From: Acidobacteriota bacterium
GTDB taxonomy: Bacteria; Acidobacteriota; CAIWXX01
DNA: 64,000 bases
Assembly: GCA_040755995.1 (NCBI GenBank)
Contig: JBFMAF010000024.1
Location: forward strand, 64,001 to 128,000
Direction: 5' to 3'
This document shows, piece after piece, positions 9,695 to 19,299 of the stretch. The translations under genes were made by a program, and so were the position numbers. Position 1 is the stretch's first letter. Each line of letters starts with the position of its first letter. The notes under the pieces were generated by a model, which was given only the letters and a program-made list of their open reading frames with translations, ran no database searches and was not told the DNA's origin.

Positions 9695-10714
9695 TCAGAA
9701 AACCTGGATTTTCGCCTCGAGCCGCACCGAGAGTACGTACTCGTCGATCTTGTCTTTGCGGATCTGCGTGAGACAGGTTCTCCGCACCGCGGGATCGTCG
9801 AGCGTCGTTTGCTCCGGCGGCAGCCGGTTGATGCATTTGAAGATGCGATAGCCGTTCGGGTACTTGATGGGCGGCGTCCACTGCCCGGCCTGCAGGGCGA
9901 ATATCTGCTCGTCGCCCAGGAAGGACCTGCCGCCGCGCCGGATGAATCCGATGTCGCCCGCCCGCTCGCGACTGGGCGCCATCGAGAACTCCGCAACTAC
10001 CTTTCCGAATGCGTCGCCAGCGGCGAGCCGGGCCTGAGCCGATTTTATGCGCTCCAACGCCTTCTTCTCGTCCCCGTCCGATGCCACAAACACCTCTGCG
10101 ACGTGCCATCGCTCGGGCACCGCGAACAGCGCCCGGTTCTTCTCGTAGAACGCCGCGACTTCCTGATCGGAGACTGGATATTTCAGCAGAACATCCCGGT
10201 CTATGAGCTTCTCGATCGCGAGGTTCCGGCGTATGACTTCGGTGAATTCCTCCGGCGTCTGTTTGTGCGCGTCGATATAAGCCTGGAATTCGGCCTCAGA
10301 GGGGAACTGCTGCCGCGACTGCTTCTCCGCCGCCGAAACCTCCTCCTCGGTGGGCATCGTTCCCGCCTGCCTCGCCCGTTCGTACAGGGCCGCCTCAATC
10401 GCCAGCCCCTCGGCCAGCGCGCGCCTCCTCGATGCGATCTCCGCCGGGTTCGACGTACGTCCCTCGGGGCGATCGAGCAGCATGATCTCGTAGGCGGCAT
10501 CCACCTGGGCGTCGGTGATGTCGGACGAGCCGTACCGGGCCGCGACACCAGGCGGCCTGGCGGGATTTGGCCCGGCCGGGGACGGCGCGGGCTGTTCAGA
10601 TTGCTGGCCCTTGCACGCCGCGAAGAGCAGCAGAAGAGAGAGCAGCACCGAGCCGCAACACACCGTGCGTGATCTCGTGATCAGCGGATATGCTCCATAA
10701 AGGTGAGGCCGCAC
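9695..10714 (-). CDS. SurA/PrsA-like peptidylprolyl isomerase, probable lipoprotein
   Basis: Lipobox-like LFAAC; parvulin motifs FGKVVAEFS...GDIGF and GYRIFK. Confidence 0.8.
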   Translation of the reverse strand: MRPHLYGAYPLITRSRTVCCGSVLLSLLLLFAACKGQQSEQPAPSPAGPNPARPPGVAARYGSSDITDAQVDAAYEIMLLDRPEGRTSNPAEIASRRRALAEGLAIEAALYERARQAGTMPTEEEVSAAEKQSRQQFPSEAEFQAYIDAHKQTPEEFTEVIRRNLAIEKLIDRDVLLKYPVSDQEVAAFYEKNRALFAVPERWHVAEVFVASDGDEKKALERIKSAQARLAAGDAFGKVVAEFSMAPSRERAGDIGFIRRGGRSFLGDEQIFALQAGQWTPPIKYPNGYRIFKCINRLPPEQTTLDDPAVRRTCLTQIRKDKIDEYVLSVRLEAKIQVF

Positions 10715-10720
10715 GCCTGT

Positions 10721-11092
10721 CTAGTCGACGCTCTTCTCCAGCACCGCTTTGACGACTGCGAGCAGCTTCTTGGTGGAGAACGGCTTGTTGATGTACATGT
10801 CGGCACCGGCCTCGAACCCCTCGGTCAGAGATTCGGCCTTGTCCTGGCCGGTGAGCATCACGATAGGTATCCGGCGCGTCTCAGGGTTCTGGCGCACCTT
10901 CTGGCACACATCCACACCGCTCATGTTCGGCAGGAGAACGTCCAGGAGCACCAGGTCGGGTCTCTCGTCGCGAATCTTGATCAGGGCCTCTTCGCCCGTT
11001 GTCGCCTTGAGAATCTGGTACTCGCGCCCGAGCAGCCCTTCTTCGAACTCCAGAAGTGCCGGATCATCCTCGACGATCAGAATTCGCTTCAT
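10721..11092 (-). CDS. Single-domain response regulator
   Basis: ILIVEDD, LLDVLLP, IVMLT, KPF. Confidence 0.92.
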   Translation of the reverse strand: MKRILIVEDDPALLEFEEGLLGREYQILKATTGEEALIKIRDERPDLVLLDVLLPNMSGVDVCQKVRQNPETRRIPIVMLTGQDKAESLTEGFEAGADMYINKPFSTKKLLAVVKAVLEKSVD

Positions 11093-11155
11093 GTTCGTCC
11101 CGCCAACCGTTTGTGAATTGTATCATCGTGGTAGCGTCAAAAGCAAGCGAGCCGC

Positions 11156-11311
11156 ACGGACGGAAGACGGAAGACGGGAGACGAAAGACGGGAGACGCAA
11201 CAGATGGGCACGCCGGCGAGCAGCGGCCTACGTCTCTCGTCTAACGTCTACCGTCTCACGTCTTACGGGGCCTACGTCTCTCGTCTCACGTCTACCGTCT
11301 CACGTCCTACG
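11156..11311. repeat. Inverted arrays of AGACG/CGTCT heptamer repeats, with a ~43-bp direct duplication
   Basis: NNAGACG units at 11158-11197 face CGTCTNN units at 11231-11310; 11225-11267 is repeated at 11269-11311. Confidence 0.85.
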
Positions 11312-12941
11312 TCCGTGGAAGGAGCACGAAGAAGGTGCTGCCGACCCCCGGCTGGCTCACCGCGCCGATCCGTCCCCCATGGTCCTCCACAATTTTACGA
11401 CAAATGTAGAGACCCAGGCCCGTCCCGCTCACAAGCTCCGTCGCATCGTTCCATATGCGCTGGAATTTCTGAAAGAGTCTGGGCGTGTCCTCCTGCGAGA
11501 TTCCGACGCCCTGGTCCTGGACCTCGATTCGCACCAAACAATCGCCCTCGGGCACCGCGCGCAGGGTGATCACACCGCCTGCCGGAGAGTACTTGATGGC
11601 GTTGGTTGCCAGGTTGCGCATGACCTGCAGCAGGCTCCGGCGATCCCCGCGGACCCGGGGAAGCGACGGAGGCAGGTCCAGCACCATTGGGTGCCTGTCG
11701 TCGGCCAGTGGGGTGACCTTGTCCAGCAGCTCTGATACGTCCACACTTTCGAATGAGTAGCTCACGTCGGCCGCGTCGATGCGAAAGAGAGTGAGCATCT
11801 GGTCGGCCAGGTGCGAGATCTCCTCGGTCTCGGACACGATCTTCCCGCTCGTTCGCTCCAGTCCAGCCGGAATCCCGGGCATCTGCCCGATGAGCTCGGC
11901 GTATCCGCGGATGATCGACAGGGGGTTCTTGATGTCGTGCCCGATCATGCTCGCGAACTCGCTCTTGAGCCGGTCCATCTGCTGCAGGCGCGCGTTGTCT
12001 GACTGGAGCTCCTGGTAGAGCCGGGCGTTCTCGATCGCTACGCCGAGGAGATCCGAGAGCGCCTCCATCGCCAGGCGATCCTGCTCGTCGAACGCCGCCA
12101 CGTGCTCGGCCTCTATGTCCAGCACGCCGAGAGGCCCGGAGGTGCCATAGAGCGGCACGCTCAACTCGGCCTTGGCGTTCGGCATGGAGGGATGAAAGAG
12201 AAAGTCCTTGTCCTTGGACACGTCCGGAACCAGCCGGGATCGCCCGCTTCGGAAGGCGGCTCCGATGACACCCTTCTCCACCGGCAGTGAGAGCCCTTTC
12301 GGCTTCCAATCAGGGTCATCACCGATGCCGGCCTTGCAGACCAGCCGGTCCCCTTCCAGCAGCCAGACGCTGGTCGCGCGGTATCCGAAGGTCGTACGAA
12401 TCATGCCGACCACGCTCTCCATAAGCGCGTCTATGTCGCGGATGCTGACCACCTGGGAGCCGATCGAATGGACGATCTGCATGCGGAGCAGGTTCGCGTG
12501 GAAGCGGCCGGTCTCCTCGGTCAGCGCTTCCTCCTCCCGCCGCTGCTCCGTTACATCCACCTCGACGACATGTATGGAGTCTCCCAGCAGGACGGCACTG
12601 CCGCGCAGGTAGAGCGGCGAACCATCCTTCCGATTCAGGACCCTTTCGCAGCTCACCCAGGTGCCCTCCGGGGCGGCGCGGACTTGCGATGGCCAGCCAG
12701 CCCGATCATCCACACGCCGGTACAGAGATGATTCGGGCATCTCCATGAGCTCGCTCTCGCTGCGCCCCGTCAGCACGGTAAGCGCGGGGTTCGCGTGGAC
12801 GATGCGCCCTGCGAGGTCGTAGATCGCGTAGACGATTGTTTCTGAATGCAGGAGCCGATCCAACAGCCGGTCGGCGTCGAGCATGGCGGGGCCGGAGTCG
12901 CCAGCTCGCGCGGGCCCATTCATCCGATCCATCGGTTCCAT
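11307..12941 (-). CDS. PAS-GAF sensor histidine kinase
   Basis: H-box GHDIKNPL, N-box NAIKYS, DQGVGI, GTGLGL; GAF segment AELSVPL...GVLDIE; start uncertain. Confidence 0.92.
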   Translation of the reverse strand: MEPMDRMNGPARAGDSGPAMLDADRLLDRLLHSETIVYAIYDLAGRIVHANPALTVLTGRSESELMEMPESSLYRRVDDRAGWPSQVRAAPEGTWVSCERVLNRKDGSPLYLRGSAVLLGDSIHVVEVDVTEQRREEEALTEETGRFHANLLRMQIVHSIGSQVVSIRDIDALMESVVGMIRTTFGYRATSVWLLEGDRLVCKAGIGDDPDWKPKGLSLPVEKGVIGAAFRSGRSRLVPDVSKDKDFLFHPSMPNAKAELSVPLYGTSGPLGVLDIEAEHVAAFDEQDRLAMEALSDLLGVAIENARLYQELQSDNARLQQMDRLKSEFASMIGHDIKNPLSIIRGYAELIGQMPGIPAGLERTSGKIVSETEEISHLADQMLTLFRIDAADVSYSFESVDVSELLDKVTPLADDRHPMVLDLPPSLPRVRGDRRSLLQVMRNLATNAIKYSPAGGVITLRAVPEGDCLVRIEVQDQGVGISQEDTPRLFQKFQRIWNDATELVSGTGLGLYICRKIVEDHGGRIGAVSQPGVGSTFFVLLPRT

Positions 12942-13110
12942 ACTGCTTGCGCGGGCCGCGCCCGCGCAGCTGATTATGCTTGTGGCGTGGCCAAAGTTCA
13001 AGCTGCAGGGCGGCTTAGTACCGGGATGGCGCGCCTGGTTTGAGCCGCCGGCGGGGCGCGGATGCCCCGCCGGCTCTTGCTGTCGGTTCAGCGATACGAG
13101 TCTTGCCGGG

Positions 13111-15150
13111 CTACTGCCATTTCACGTTCGGGCCGTTGCCCGCGATGTCCACGCCCGGTGGGTACGTGCCTGTGTAATCCGTCCACGGCGGATTGTGGTC
13201 CCAGGTGTTGCCGATCGCATCGACGACTGTTGCTGCGTCGCTGTTCCAGAAGTTGTAGGCTGCGCCTGCGCCCAGGTTCTGGATGATGTTGTTGCCGGGA
13301 TTGCCCGCGCTGGCGCCGAAGTCAGGGCGCGCACCGGACCCACAGATCACGCCTGTTGTCAGGTTGCCCGTGATTGAGTTGCCTCTGAAAGGTCCGGCTG
13401 TAAGCGGGCCGATTGTCTGCATTCCGATCGCGTTTCCCTGGAAAGCCGATCCACTCACATCCAGATTGGTGTCCGCCACCAGCAATCCGGCCGAGGTCGA
13501 GCTGTTGAACTTGCTGTTCTCCACGGTGGCGTTCGCGGACGCCAGTTGTGCGCCGAAGAGCGCCCCATCGAAAACACAGTTGGAGACATCGACCGACGGG
13601 GTTCCGGGTCCCAGCGGTGCCAGGAACAAGCCGAAGAGATACCCAATGATGCGGCTGTTCCGCACCTCCAGATGTCCCATGGTCGTTCCAGGGGCGATCC
13701 CTGCCATCGCGATGATCCCGGCGCCGTGAAGCCCCACCGAGTCCAGAACGCTGTCCGGGTTCATCTGGACGGTGCAGGGGAACGGCGGGGCGGTCCCAAC
13801 TCCGACAACAGCGGTCTTCGCCGGGCCCGCTCCGAGGAGTCTCACGCCTGATGGAAGCACCAGCGGGAACTGCTCGCCGTTGGCCACATCATAGAGTCCT
13901 TCGGCGGCGGACACCGTATAGCCGCTGGCGGCGGCAGACAGGCCTTTCGTGATCGACCTGTACGGGTTGGCCATGGTGCCGGTCCCGGTTGTGTCATCCC
14001 CGTTCTCCGCATCCACGTATATCGTGTTGGGGCCGTCCGTGACCACAACCACCTCGGAATCCAGAGCGGACAACCCGTCGACGTCGGTTGCGGCAATGGT
14101 GTAGGTTGTTGTCACCATCGGCGCGACGCTCGCCGACCCGTTAACGGGTACCGATCCCACACCTTGGTCGATGGTCGCCGTGGCCGCGTTGAACGATGTC
14201 CAGCTCAGGGTCGAGCTGTCGCCCTGCGCCACCGTCCCAGGCGACGCCGTGAGGTCGACCGAGACGCGCCATGCCAGAATCTGCTCTATCAGCTGCTTCG
14301 CCATCAGGATCAGCGTGTCTCTACCGGTAGCCCTCAGGCGGCTGTCGTCCACCTCCTTCAGGTACTTGATGAACTTCTGCAGCTGGGAGACAGTGCGCCT
14401 CTTGTTGCGCCGGCCGTACGCTTTCTCTGCATTCGAGAGGTACTTCAGAAGCCTCTGGCGCGTCGCGTCGCTCATCCGCGTGCTCTGTGTGGTGTTCTTG
14501 AGCGTGCTGAAGTCGATGATCGCGAGGCCGTCTTCCGCGAGAACGGGCAGTGCTGCGAGTCCCGTCTTGGATGTCGTCGGGCGGGCGAACCGGCCGTCGC
14601 CTGAGCCGCGCGCCGAGCTGATAGTCTGGTCGTAGAAGCTCAGCGTCGAGAGATCGGCATGCCCGTCGCGATCGACGTCACTCGCCGAGATCATGACCGG
14701 ACACGGCCCCACCCCGATCGAATTCGCAAGCTCGAACTCTCGATCGCCTCTCGTGAGGTACACGTCCACGCGGTCACCTGCGAAGTCGGCGACTGCGAAA
14801 TCGTCGGTGCCGTCTCCATTGAAATCAGCGACCGCCAGGCCTGAGGCGACCCCGTTGATGGGGATCCTGGTCAGCTGGTCGAGTTGGCCGATGTCGAACG
14901 GGCGCAGCTCCGGGGCCTGCACGAGGATGAAGTCGGCGAAGAAGCTCGTAGTCACTCTTGCGAAAGGCAGGCGCAACTCGCCGCCGGCAGCGTCCGGGGC
15001 CGCCCGCATGAGCACCTTCGATTGCACGGCTGTCCAGGGCCTGGAGAAGTCCAGCGGCGCCGCGTGCAAAATGCCGTGCAGCATCAGAGGCAGTGCGAGT
15101 GCGATGATCACGACTGCACAGCGAATTCGAGATCTGGTCGTTTCGGCCAT
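13111..15150 (-). CDS. Secreted multidomain protein: FG-GAP repeats, helical domain, Ig-like domain, DUF1565/beta-helix
   Basis: Signal peptide; ADFNGDGTDDFAV and DVDRDGHADL repeats; LTASPGTVAQGDSSTLSW; IYVDAENGDD...NPYRSIT; RBS AAGGAGG before ATG 15150. Confidence 0.75.
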   Translation of the reverse strand: MAETTRSRIRCAVVIIALALPLMLHGILHAAPLDFSRPWTAVQSKVLMRAAPDAAGGELRLPFARVTTSFFADFILVQAPELRPFDIGQLDQLTRIPINGVASGLAVADFNGDGTDDFAVADFAGDRVDVYLTRGDREFELANSIGVGPCPVMISASDVDRDGHADLSTLSFYDQTISSARGSGDGRFARPTTSKTGLAALPVLAEDGLAIIDFSTLKNTTQSTRMSDATRQRLLKYLSNAEKAYGRRNKRRTVSQLQKFIKYLKEVDDSRLRATGRDTLILMAKQLIEQILAWRVSVDLTASPGTVAQGDSSTLSWTSFNAATATIDQGVGSVPVNGSASVAPMVTTTYTIAATDVDGLSALDSEVVVVTDGPNTIYVDAENGDDTTGTGTMANPYRSITKGLSAAASGYTVSAAEGLYDVANGEQFPLVLPSGVRLLGAGPAKTAVVGVGTAPPFPCTVQMNPDSVLDSVGLHGAGIIAMAGIAPGTTMGHLEVRNSRIIGYLFGLFLAPLGPGTPSVDVSNCVFDGALFGAQLASANATVENSKFNSSTSAGLLVADTNLDVSGSAFQGNAIGMQTIGPLTAGPFRGNSITGNLTTGVICGSGARPDFGASAGNPGNNIIQNLGAGAAYNFWNSDAATVVDAIGNTWDHNPPWTDYTGTYPPGVDIAGNGPNVKWQ

Positions 15151-15367
15151 TTGTTCCCTCCTTGGAAGATATGATGCCTCCTGGGTGTGTCGGCGAATCA
15201 GCATACCACTCGTGGCGCCTGCGGTCGAATCGCAGGTGCCGGCTGGACGACAAGACAGCAGCAAAGCGGCCGAAGGAGCCGGCTTCCAGGGTGCGGCAAG
15301 ACCACCGGCGGGGCGTGGATGCCCCGCCATCCGCAGTCTTTTATCCAGCGAAACGCGTCTTGCCTGG

Positions 15368-15731
15368 CTACTGCCACTTCACGTTCGGGCCGTTTCCCGC
15401 GATGTCGACACCAGCGGGGAACGTCCCGGTGAAGTCCGTCCACGGCGGATTGTGGTCCCAGGTGTTTCCGACCGCATCAACGGTCGTTGCCGGGAAGTCG
15501 TTCCTGAAATTGTGCAGTGCGCCTGCACCCAGATTCAGGAAGATGTTGTTGCCGAGGTCGCTCGCACTGGTGCCGAAGTCAGGGTGGGCTCCACTTCCAC
15601 ACAGCACGCCCACCTGCGAATTGCCGGTGACAGCGCAGCCTCTGAATGGCCCGACGGTATTCGGTGCTCAGGATGAGAGGCAGCACGAGTGCCGTGCACA
15701 CGACCGCCGCGCTGTATCTGTCTCTGGTCAT
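15368..15731 (-). pseudogene. Internally deleted paralog of the 13111-15150 gene
   Basis: Signal-peptide-like start (MTRDRYSAAVVCTALVLPLILS) is joined out of frame to about 95 C-terminal residues ending GNGPNVKWQ, as in the neighbouring gene. Confidence 0.75.
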
Positions 15732-15962
15732 TCGTTTGCTCCTGATTTCCTCTGTGTAATCCCCCACATGCCCGCACTGAATATAGCAGTCGAGGAGTAG
15801 GGTATCCACTGGACAACAGTTTTTCTCACAGAAGTGCCGGGGCTGGGGAGTTGGGAGCCGCGCCCTTGCCACGCCGCCTCTCGCTTGTGCTGGACTGATT
15901 GCAGTCGAAGAGCGCGCGCACCGCGCTCGATCCGTCATTGGGATGAGTCGCAGTGGTATGCG

Positions 15963-16685
15963 TCAGGCAGTCTTCCTTGCCAGAATCGCGAAGTGATCCG
16001 TGAGGTTCTTGTCCACTCGAAACACCGTTCTCGCGTCCAGGAGGGCCCGGGCCAGGCCTCGAACGGGGCTGCTGAGCCACAGAGGCACAAACAAGTACAC
16101 CACGAGGCGATCGAGCCAGGTCCACCACCGTGACATCGAGAAGAGGAAGCACCGGATGTCGACGATCTCGAAGCCCGAGTCGTGCAACAGGTTCAACAGG
16201 CGTCCCGGCGTCGTGACGTACGAGTGCTGGTACTCGTACTCGTAGAAGAGCTTGCCCGTGGTCGAGTAGTTCGGCGCAACCACCGAGACATGTCCGCCCG
16301 GTTTCAGCACTCTGAAGGACTCGTCGAAGAACTGCACGACCTCGCGGCCCCCCGGAAGATGTTCGACGAAGTCGCGCGAGTGGACGAGGTCGAAATGCGC
16401 ATTCTCGAACGGGATCGGCGGCACCGCCTGCGGCCGCACGTCGAAGCCGGCCGCCTCGAGCCGCTTGCGCAGCGGCTCGCTGGGCTCCAGGCCCACATAG
16501 CCGATGCCGTGCGCGTGACACTGCTCGGCGAAGTGGCTCTCGCCGGGACCGATCTCGAGAACCTTCGCATCCGCCTGAAAATGAGGGAGAAACCGATCGA
16601 ACAGGGCCGCCTGGCTGGCTCTCTTCTTCCATTCACCGAAGTGTGTGAAAGGTGCACGCGTGTAATGGGTCAGCATGGCGATCAA
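15963..16685 (-). CDS. Class I SAM-dependent methyltransferase
   Basis: VLEIGPG, FVEHL, RVLKPGG. Confidence 0.85.
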   Translation of the reverse strand: MIAMLTHYTRAPFTHFGEWKKRASQAALFDRFLPHFQADAKVLEIGPGESHFAEQCHAHGIGYVGLEPSEPLRKRLEAAGFDVRPQAVPPIPFENAHFDLVHSRDFVEHLPGGREVVQFFDESFRVLKPGGHVSVVAPNYSTTGKLFYEYEYQHSYVTTPGRLLNLLHDSGFEIVDIRCFLFSMSRWWTWLDRLVVYLFVPLWLSSPVRGLARALLDARTVFRVDKNLTDHFAILARKTA

Positions 16686-16842
16686 GAAAGCATCGGTCGC
16701 GCAAGCCGACCGAGCCGGTCAAGCGCCAGATCTGCAGTTCGCATCTGCTTTACGGTTGGGCCCGAATCGGGTAGACTCCATTTGCGATGATTTTTACGTC
16801 ATAATTGTCATGAGGCGATCATTATTGAGCGGAAAACCGACG

Positions 16843-17343
16843 ATGTCAAGTCGCAAGACGACTGCTGGAGGGAGCTCGGCGGGGAGGCCCCGCAAGTTCA
16901 AGGAACCGAGCCGGCCGATCACCGTGACTCTGCCGGAGCGGATACTGAAGCTTCTCGAAGCGGTGGACCGGGATCGTGCGCGGGCTATCGTCAAGGTTGC
17001 GCAGGCAGCGACATCCACCAGCCGGGGGAGAGGCGTGGATGGATTCGTGCAGCTGGTGGAGGTGTCGCCCGGAATTGCGATCATTGAGGTCGCACCGAGC
17101 GCCGCTCTGGGCAAGATAGGCTGGCTGAGGCTTGTGGAGATAGCACCGGCGAGGTTTCTGGTATCGGTGCCCACAGGGACGCCGTTGGAGAAACTGGAGG
17201 TCGCAATCATCGACCTCCTTGCTTCGCTGGGTCCGGACGAGGACCGCGAGAGAAAGCTCCTGGTCGAGCTGCGCGATCTGATCGCCCAACATCGACGGGC
17301 GGACAAGCTGTCGAAGTACGAGATAGTCTTCGTGGCGTGCTAG
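16843..17343 (+). CDS. Hypothetical protein with putative N-terminal DNA-binding module
   Basis: GRPRKF followed by ITVTLPERILKLL (AT-hook-like plus ribbon-helix-helix-like); alternative start at 16810. Confidence 0.6.
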   Translation: MSSRKTTAGGSSAGRPRKFKEPSRPITVTLPERILKLLEAVDRDRARAIVKVAQAATSTSRGRGVDGFVQLVEVSPGIAIIEVAPSAALGKIGWLRLVEIAPARFLVSVPTGTPLEKLEVAIIDLLASLGPDEDRERKLLVELRDLIAQHRRADKLSKYEIVFVAC

Positions 17344-17499
17344 CGCCAGCGTCTGTGCGGGGATAAAAACGGTTCCAACGCCGCGCGCCCGGCGAAAGGG
17401 AGAAAGCGAAAGGGCGAAAGGGCCCGCGATGTGCCGCGCGTGCGCGCTTGTGCTAGACTATGGGCGACCGTGCGGAACGCACAGCCGGCGCGCCGCCGT

Positions 17500-17573
17500 G
17501 GGCCCGTAGCTCAGGTGGTCAGAGCAGCTGACTCATAATCAGCGGGTCGGGGGTTCAAGTCCCTCCGGGCCCA
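17500..17573 (+). tRNA. tRNA with anticodon CAT, probably tRNA-Ile2 (lysidine type); CCA not encoded
   Basis: Acceptor stem GGGCCCG/CGGGCCC, D-arm TAGCTCAG-GTGG-TCAGAGC, anticodon arm CTGA-CTCATAA-TCAG, T-loop GGTTCAAGT; resembles ileX-type tRNAs. Confidence 0.92.
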
Positions 17574-17818
17574 ATCACTGTCGAGCACCAGGCCTCCGCC
17601 ATAGACCGTTCCCGCCCATGCAGCCGCGCTCTTCCGCCAGGGCAAGCCGGCGCCCTCAAGAAAGTGTCTGCATGCGCGCCGAAGGAACAGGGTTGCGCGG
17701 TCTGATTGCGAGCTGGGCCGGCGCTCGAGTCAACCGGCCGGTTACCCCCCGGGAGCGCGGGTCGGCGGACTGGCGCGGCGGGCCCGGTCTCGCGGCTTCA
17801 AGCACGCGGCTCCGCGAA

Positions 17819-17855
17819 TTGACAGTGTGTACCCATTCTGTCATTATGTGTACAC
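17819..17855 (+). promoter_or_regulatory. Sigma70 promoter and palindromic operator of the TA operon
   Basis: TTGACA-17 bp-CATTAT overlapped by inverted repeats TGACAG/CTGTCA and GTGTAC/GTACAC. Confidence 0.65.
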
Positions 17856-17867
17856 TTGGAGGTGACG

Positions 17868-18137
17868 ATGACGACAGTCGGTGTCCGCGAGCTCAGGTCT
17901 AGTTTGAGCTCGATTCTGGGCCGCGTGCAGAACGGAGAGCGGCTGCTGATCACTGAGCGGGCACGACCGATAGCGCTTCTCACGCCGGCGCCGGTGAACC
18001 GGATGGATGACGCAATAGATGGAATGGTGCGCCGGGGAGAAGCCGATTGGTCCGGGGGCAAACCCCGGGGGAGCAGAAGGCCCCCGCGTGTCGCCGGCGC
18101 TGCGGTCTCCGACACCGTGATCGAAGATCGCACATGA
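17868..18137 (+). CDS. Phd/YefM-family antitoxin
   Basis: TVGVRELRSSLSSILGRVQNGE..ITERARPIA; ATGA overlap with the toxin. Confidence 0.9.
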   Translation: MTTVGVRELRSSLSSILGRVQNGERLLITERARPIALLTPAPVNRMDDAIDGMVRRGEADWSGGKPRGSRRPPRVAGAAVSDTVIEDRT

Positions 18138-18592
18138 CCGGTCTGTACTGCGACACCAGCGCGCTCGTCAAGCTGTACGTGGAGGAGGACGGCTCCGATG
18201 CCGTGCACGACGCTGTCGCGGCGGCCGACTACGTCGCGACTGCTTCGATCGCATACGTGGAGGCTCGATGCGCGTTCGCTCGGAAGCGCAACGAGGGGGC
18301 GATCAAAGCGCCGGACTACCGCCGGATCGTGCACGATCTGGATGCGGACTGGCCGCGTTATCTGGTTCTGGTGGTGCGTGATCCGTTGCTACGCGAGGCG
18401 GCGGCTCTAGCGGACAGGATGTCGGCGAGAAAGGGGGGGATCGTGCTGCGCGCATATGATTCGATTCACCTGGCCGCCGCCCTCAGGCTCCGGGCCTCAG
18501 AGAAGCGGATGCTGAAATTCGCGGCGTGGGACGTGCGGTTGCGCGAGGCCGCGCGGCGCCGGAAGTTCACGCTTTTACCTCAGCGTTTGTGA
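18134..18592 (+). CDS. vapC: VapC-family PIN-domain toxin
   Basis: YCDTSALVKLYVEE, LRAYDSIHLAAA, WDVRLREAA. Confidence 0.9.
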   Translation: MTGLYCDTSALVKLYVEEDGSDAVHDAVAAADYVATASIAYVEARCAFARKRNEGAIKAPDYRRIVHDLDADWPRYLVLVVRDPLLREAAALADRMSARKGGIVLRAYDSIHLAAALRLRASEKRMLKFAAWDVRLREAARRRKFTLLPQRL

Positions 18593-18762
18593 GTAGCCAT
18601 GAATACTGGCGATGCCAAACCATCAGGCCTCGCAGAGCGATCGGCAGCGCAACACGGCCGGGAGCCACGATGACCGATCCGGGACCTCGCTGGAGACGAC
18701 GGCTGCCGCGGTTCGGCCCCCTCTTGTGCTGATTTCAACTGCGATCCGTTGGCTCCACACGT

Positions 18763-18821
18763 TTGATATAACCATCATAATGGTTATATAATGCGGCGAT
18801 ATGACCATGGTGATGGTAGAT
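18763..18821 (+). promoter_or_regulatory. Promoter with two related palindromic operator-like sites
   Basis: TTGATA-18 bp-TATAAT; ATATAACCAT-N4-ATGGTTATAT at 18766-18789 and a degenerate copy at 18799-18821. Confidence 0.6.
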
Positions 18822-18822
18822 C

Positions 18823-19299
18823 ATGGCTGACGCCAACAGAATATTCGAAGTACTGGCCAAGTGGAACAGGTGGGCCGGGGTGGCGGCGGATACGGGATTC
18901 CCGCGCGACCTGACCAGGAGGATCCTTCTCGCCGTCGGCGGGCCTGAAGTCATCGCATTGCAAGGCATCCGCCGGTGCGGGAAATCGACGATCCTGTTCC
19001 AGGTCATGGATGCGTTGCTGGCCCGCGGCACGGATGCTCGCGATATCCTGTACATCAATTTCGACGAGCCGCTCTTCGCGGCGCGGGGCGCTGCGAATGT
19101 GCTCCCACAGCTCTACGAGATCTATCGCGAACGTCTCAATCCTGACCGCCACGCCTACGTGTTTCTCGATGAGGTTCAGCTGGTCCCAGAGTGGGAGAAA
19201 TGGGTCCGGTCGATCGTCGATTTGAAGGAGGCCAAAGTCATCGTCACCGGCTCCTCGTCGCGGCTACTGTCCCAGGAATACTCTGGAAATGGCTCTTGA
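18823..19299 (+). pseudogene. Truncated AAA_14/DUF4143-type ATPase
   Basis: GIRRCGKST, YINFDE, FLDEVQ and TGSSS are present, then a stop before the expected LTGR motif and C-terminal domains. Confidence 0.75.

Noticed and set aside
11156..11311. CRISPR array
   Set aside because: Repeats are 7-nt tandem units with no unique spacers, and no cas genes are present.
15160..15300. c-di-GMP or other riboswitch upstream of the surface-protein gene
   Set aside because: A hairpin is present (GCGCCTGCG/CGCAGGTGC), but I could not match a riboswitch consensus in the sense orientation.
13111..15660. DGR reading of the duplicated C-terminus
   Set aside because: Differences are many, largely synonymous and not adenine-specific, which fits paralog divergence.
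17500..17573. Initiator tRNA-fMet
   Set aside because: It has a paired G1-C72 and lacks the three consecutive G-C pairs in the anticodon stem; Ile2 is preferred, though elongator Met is not fully excluded.
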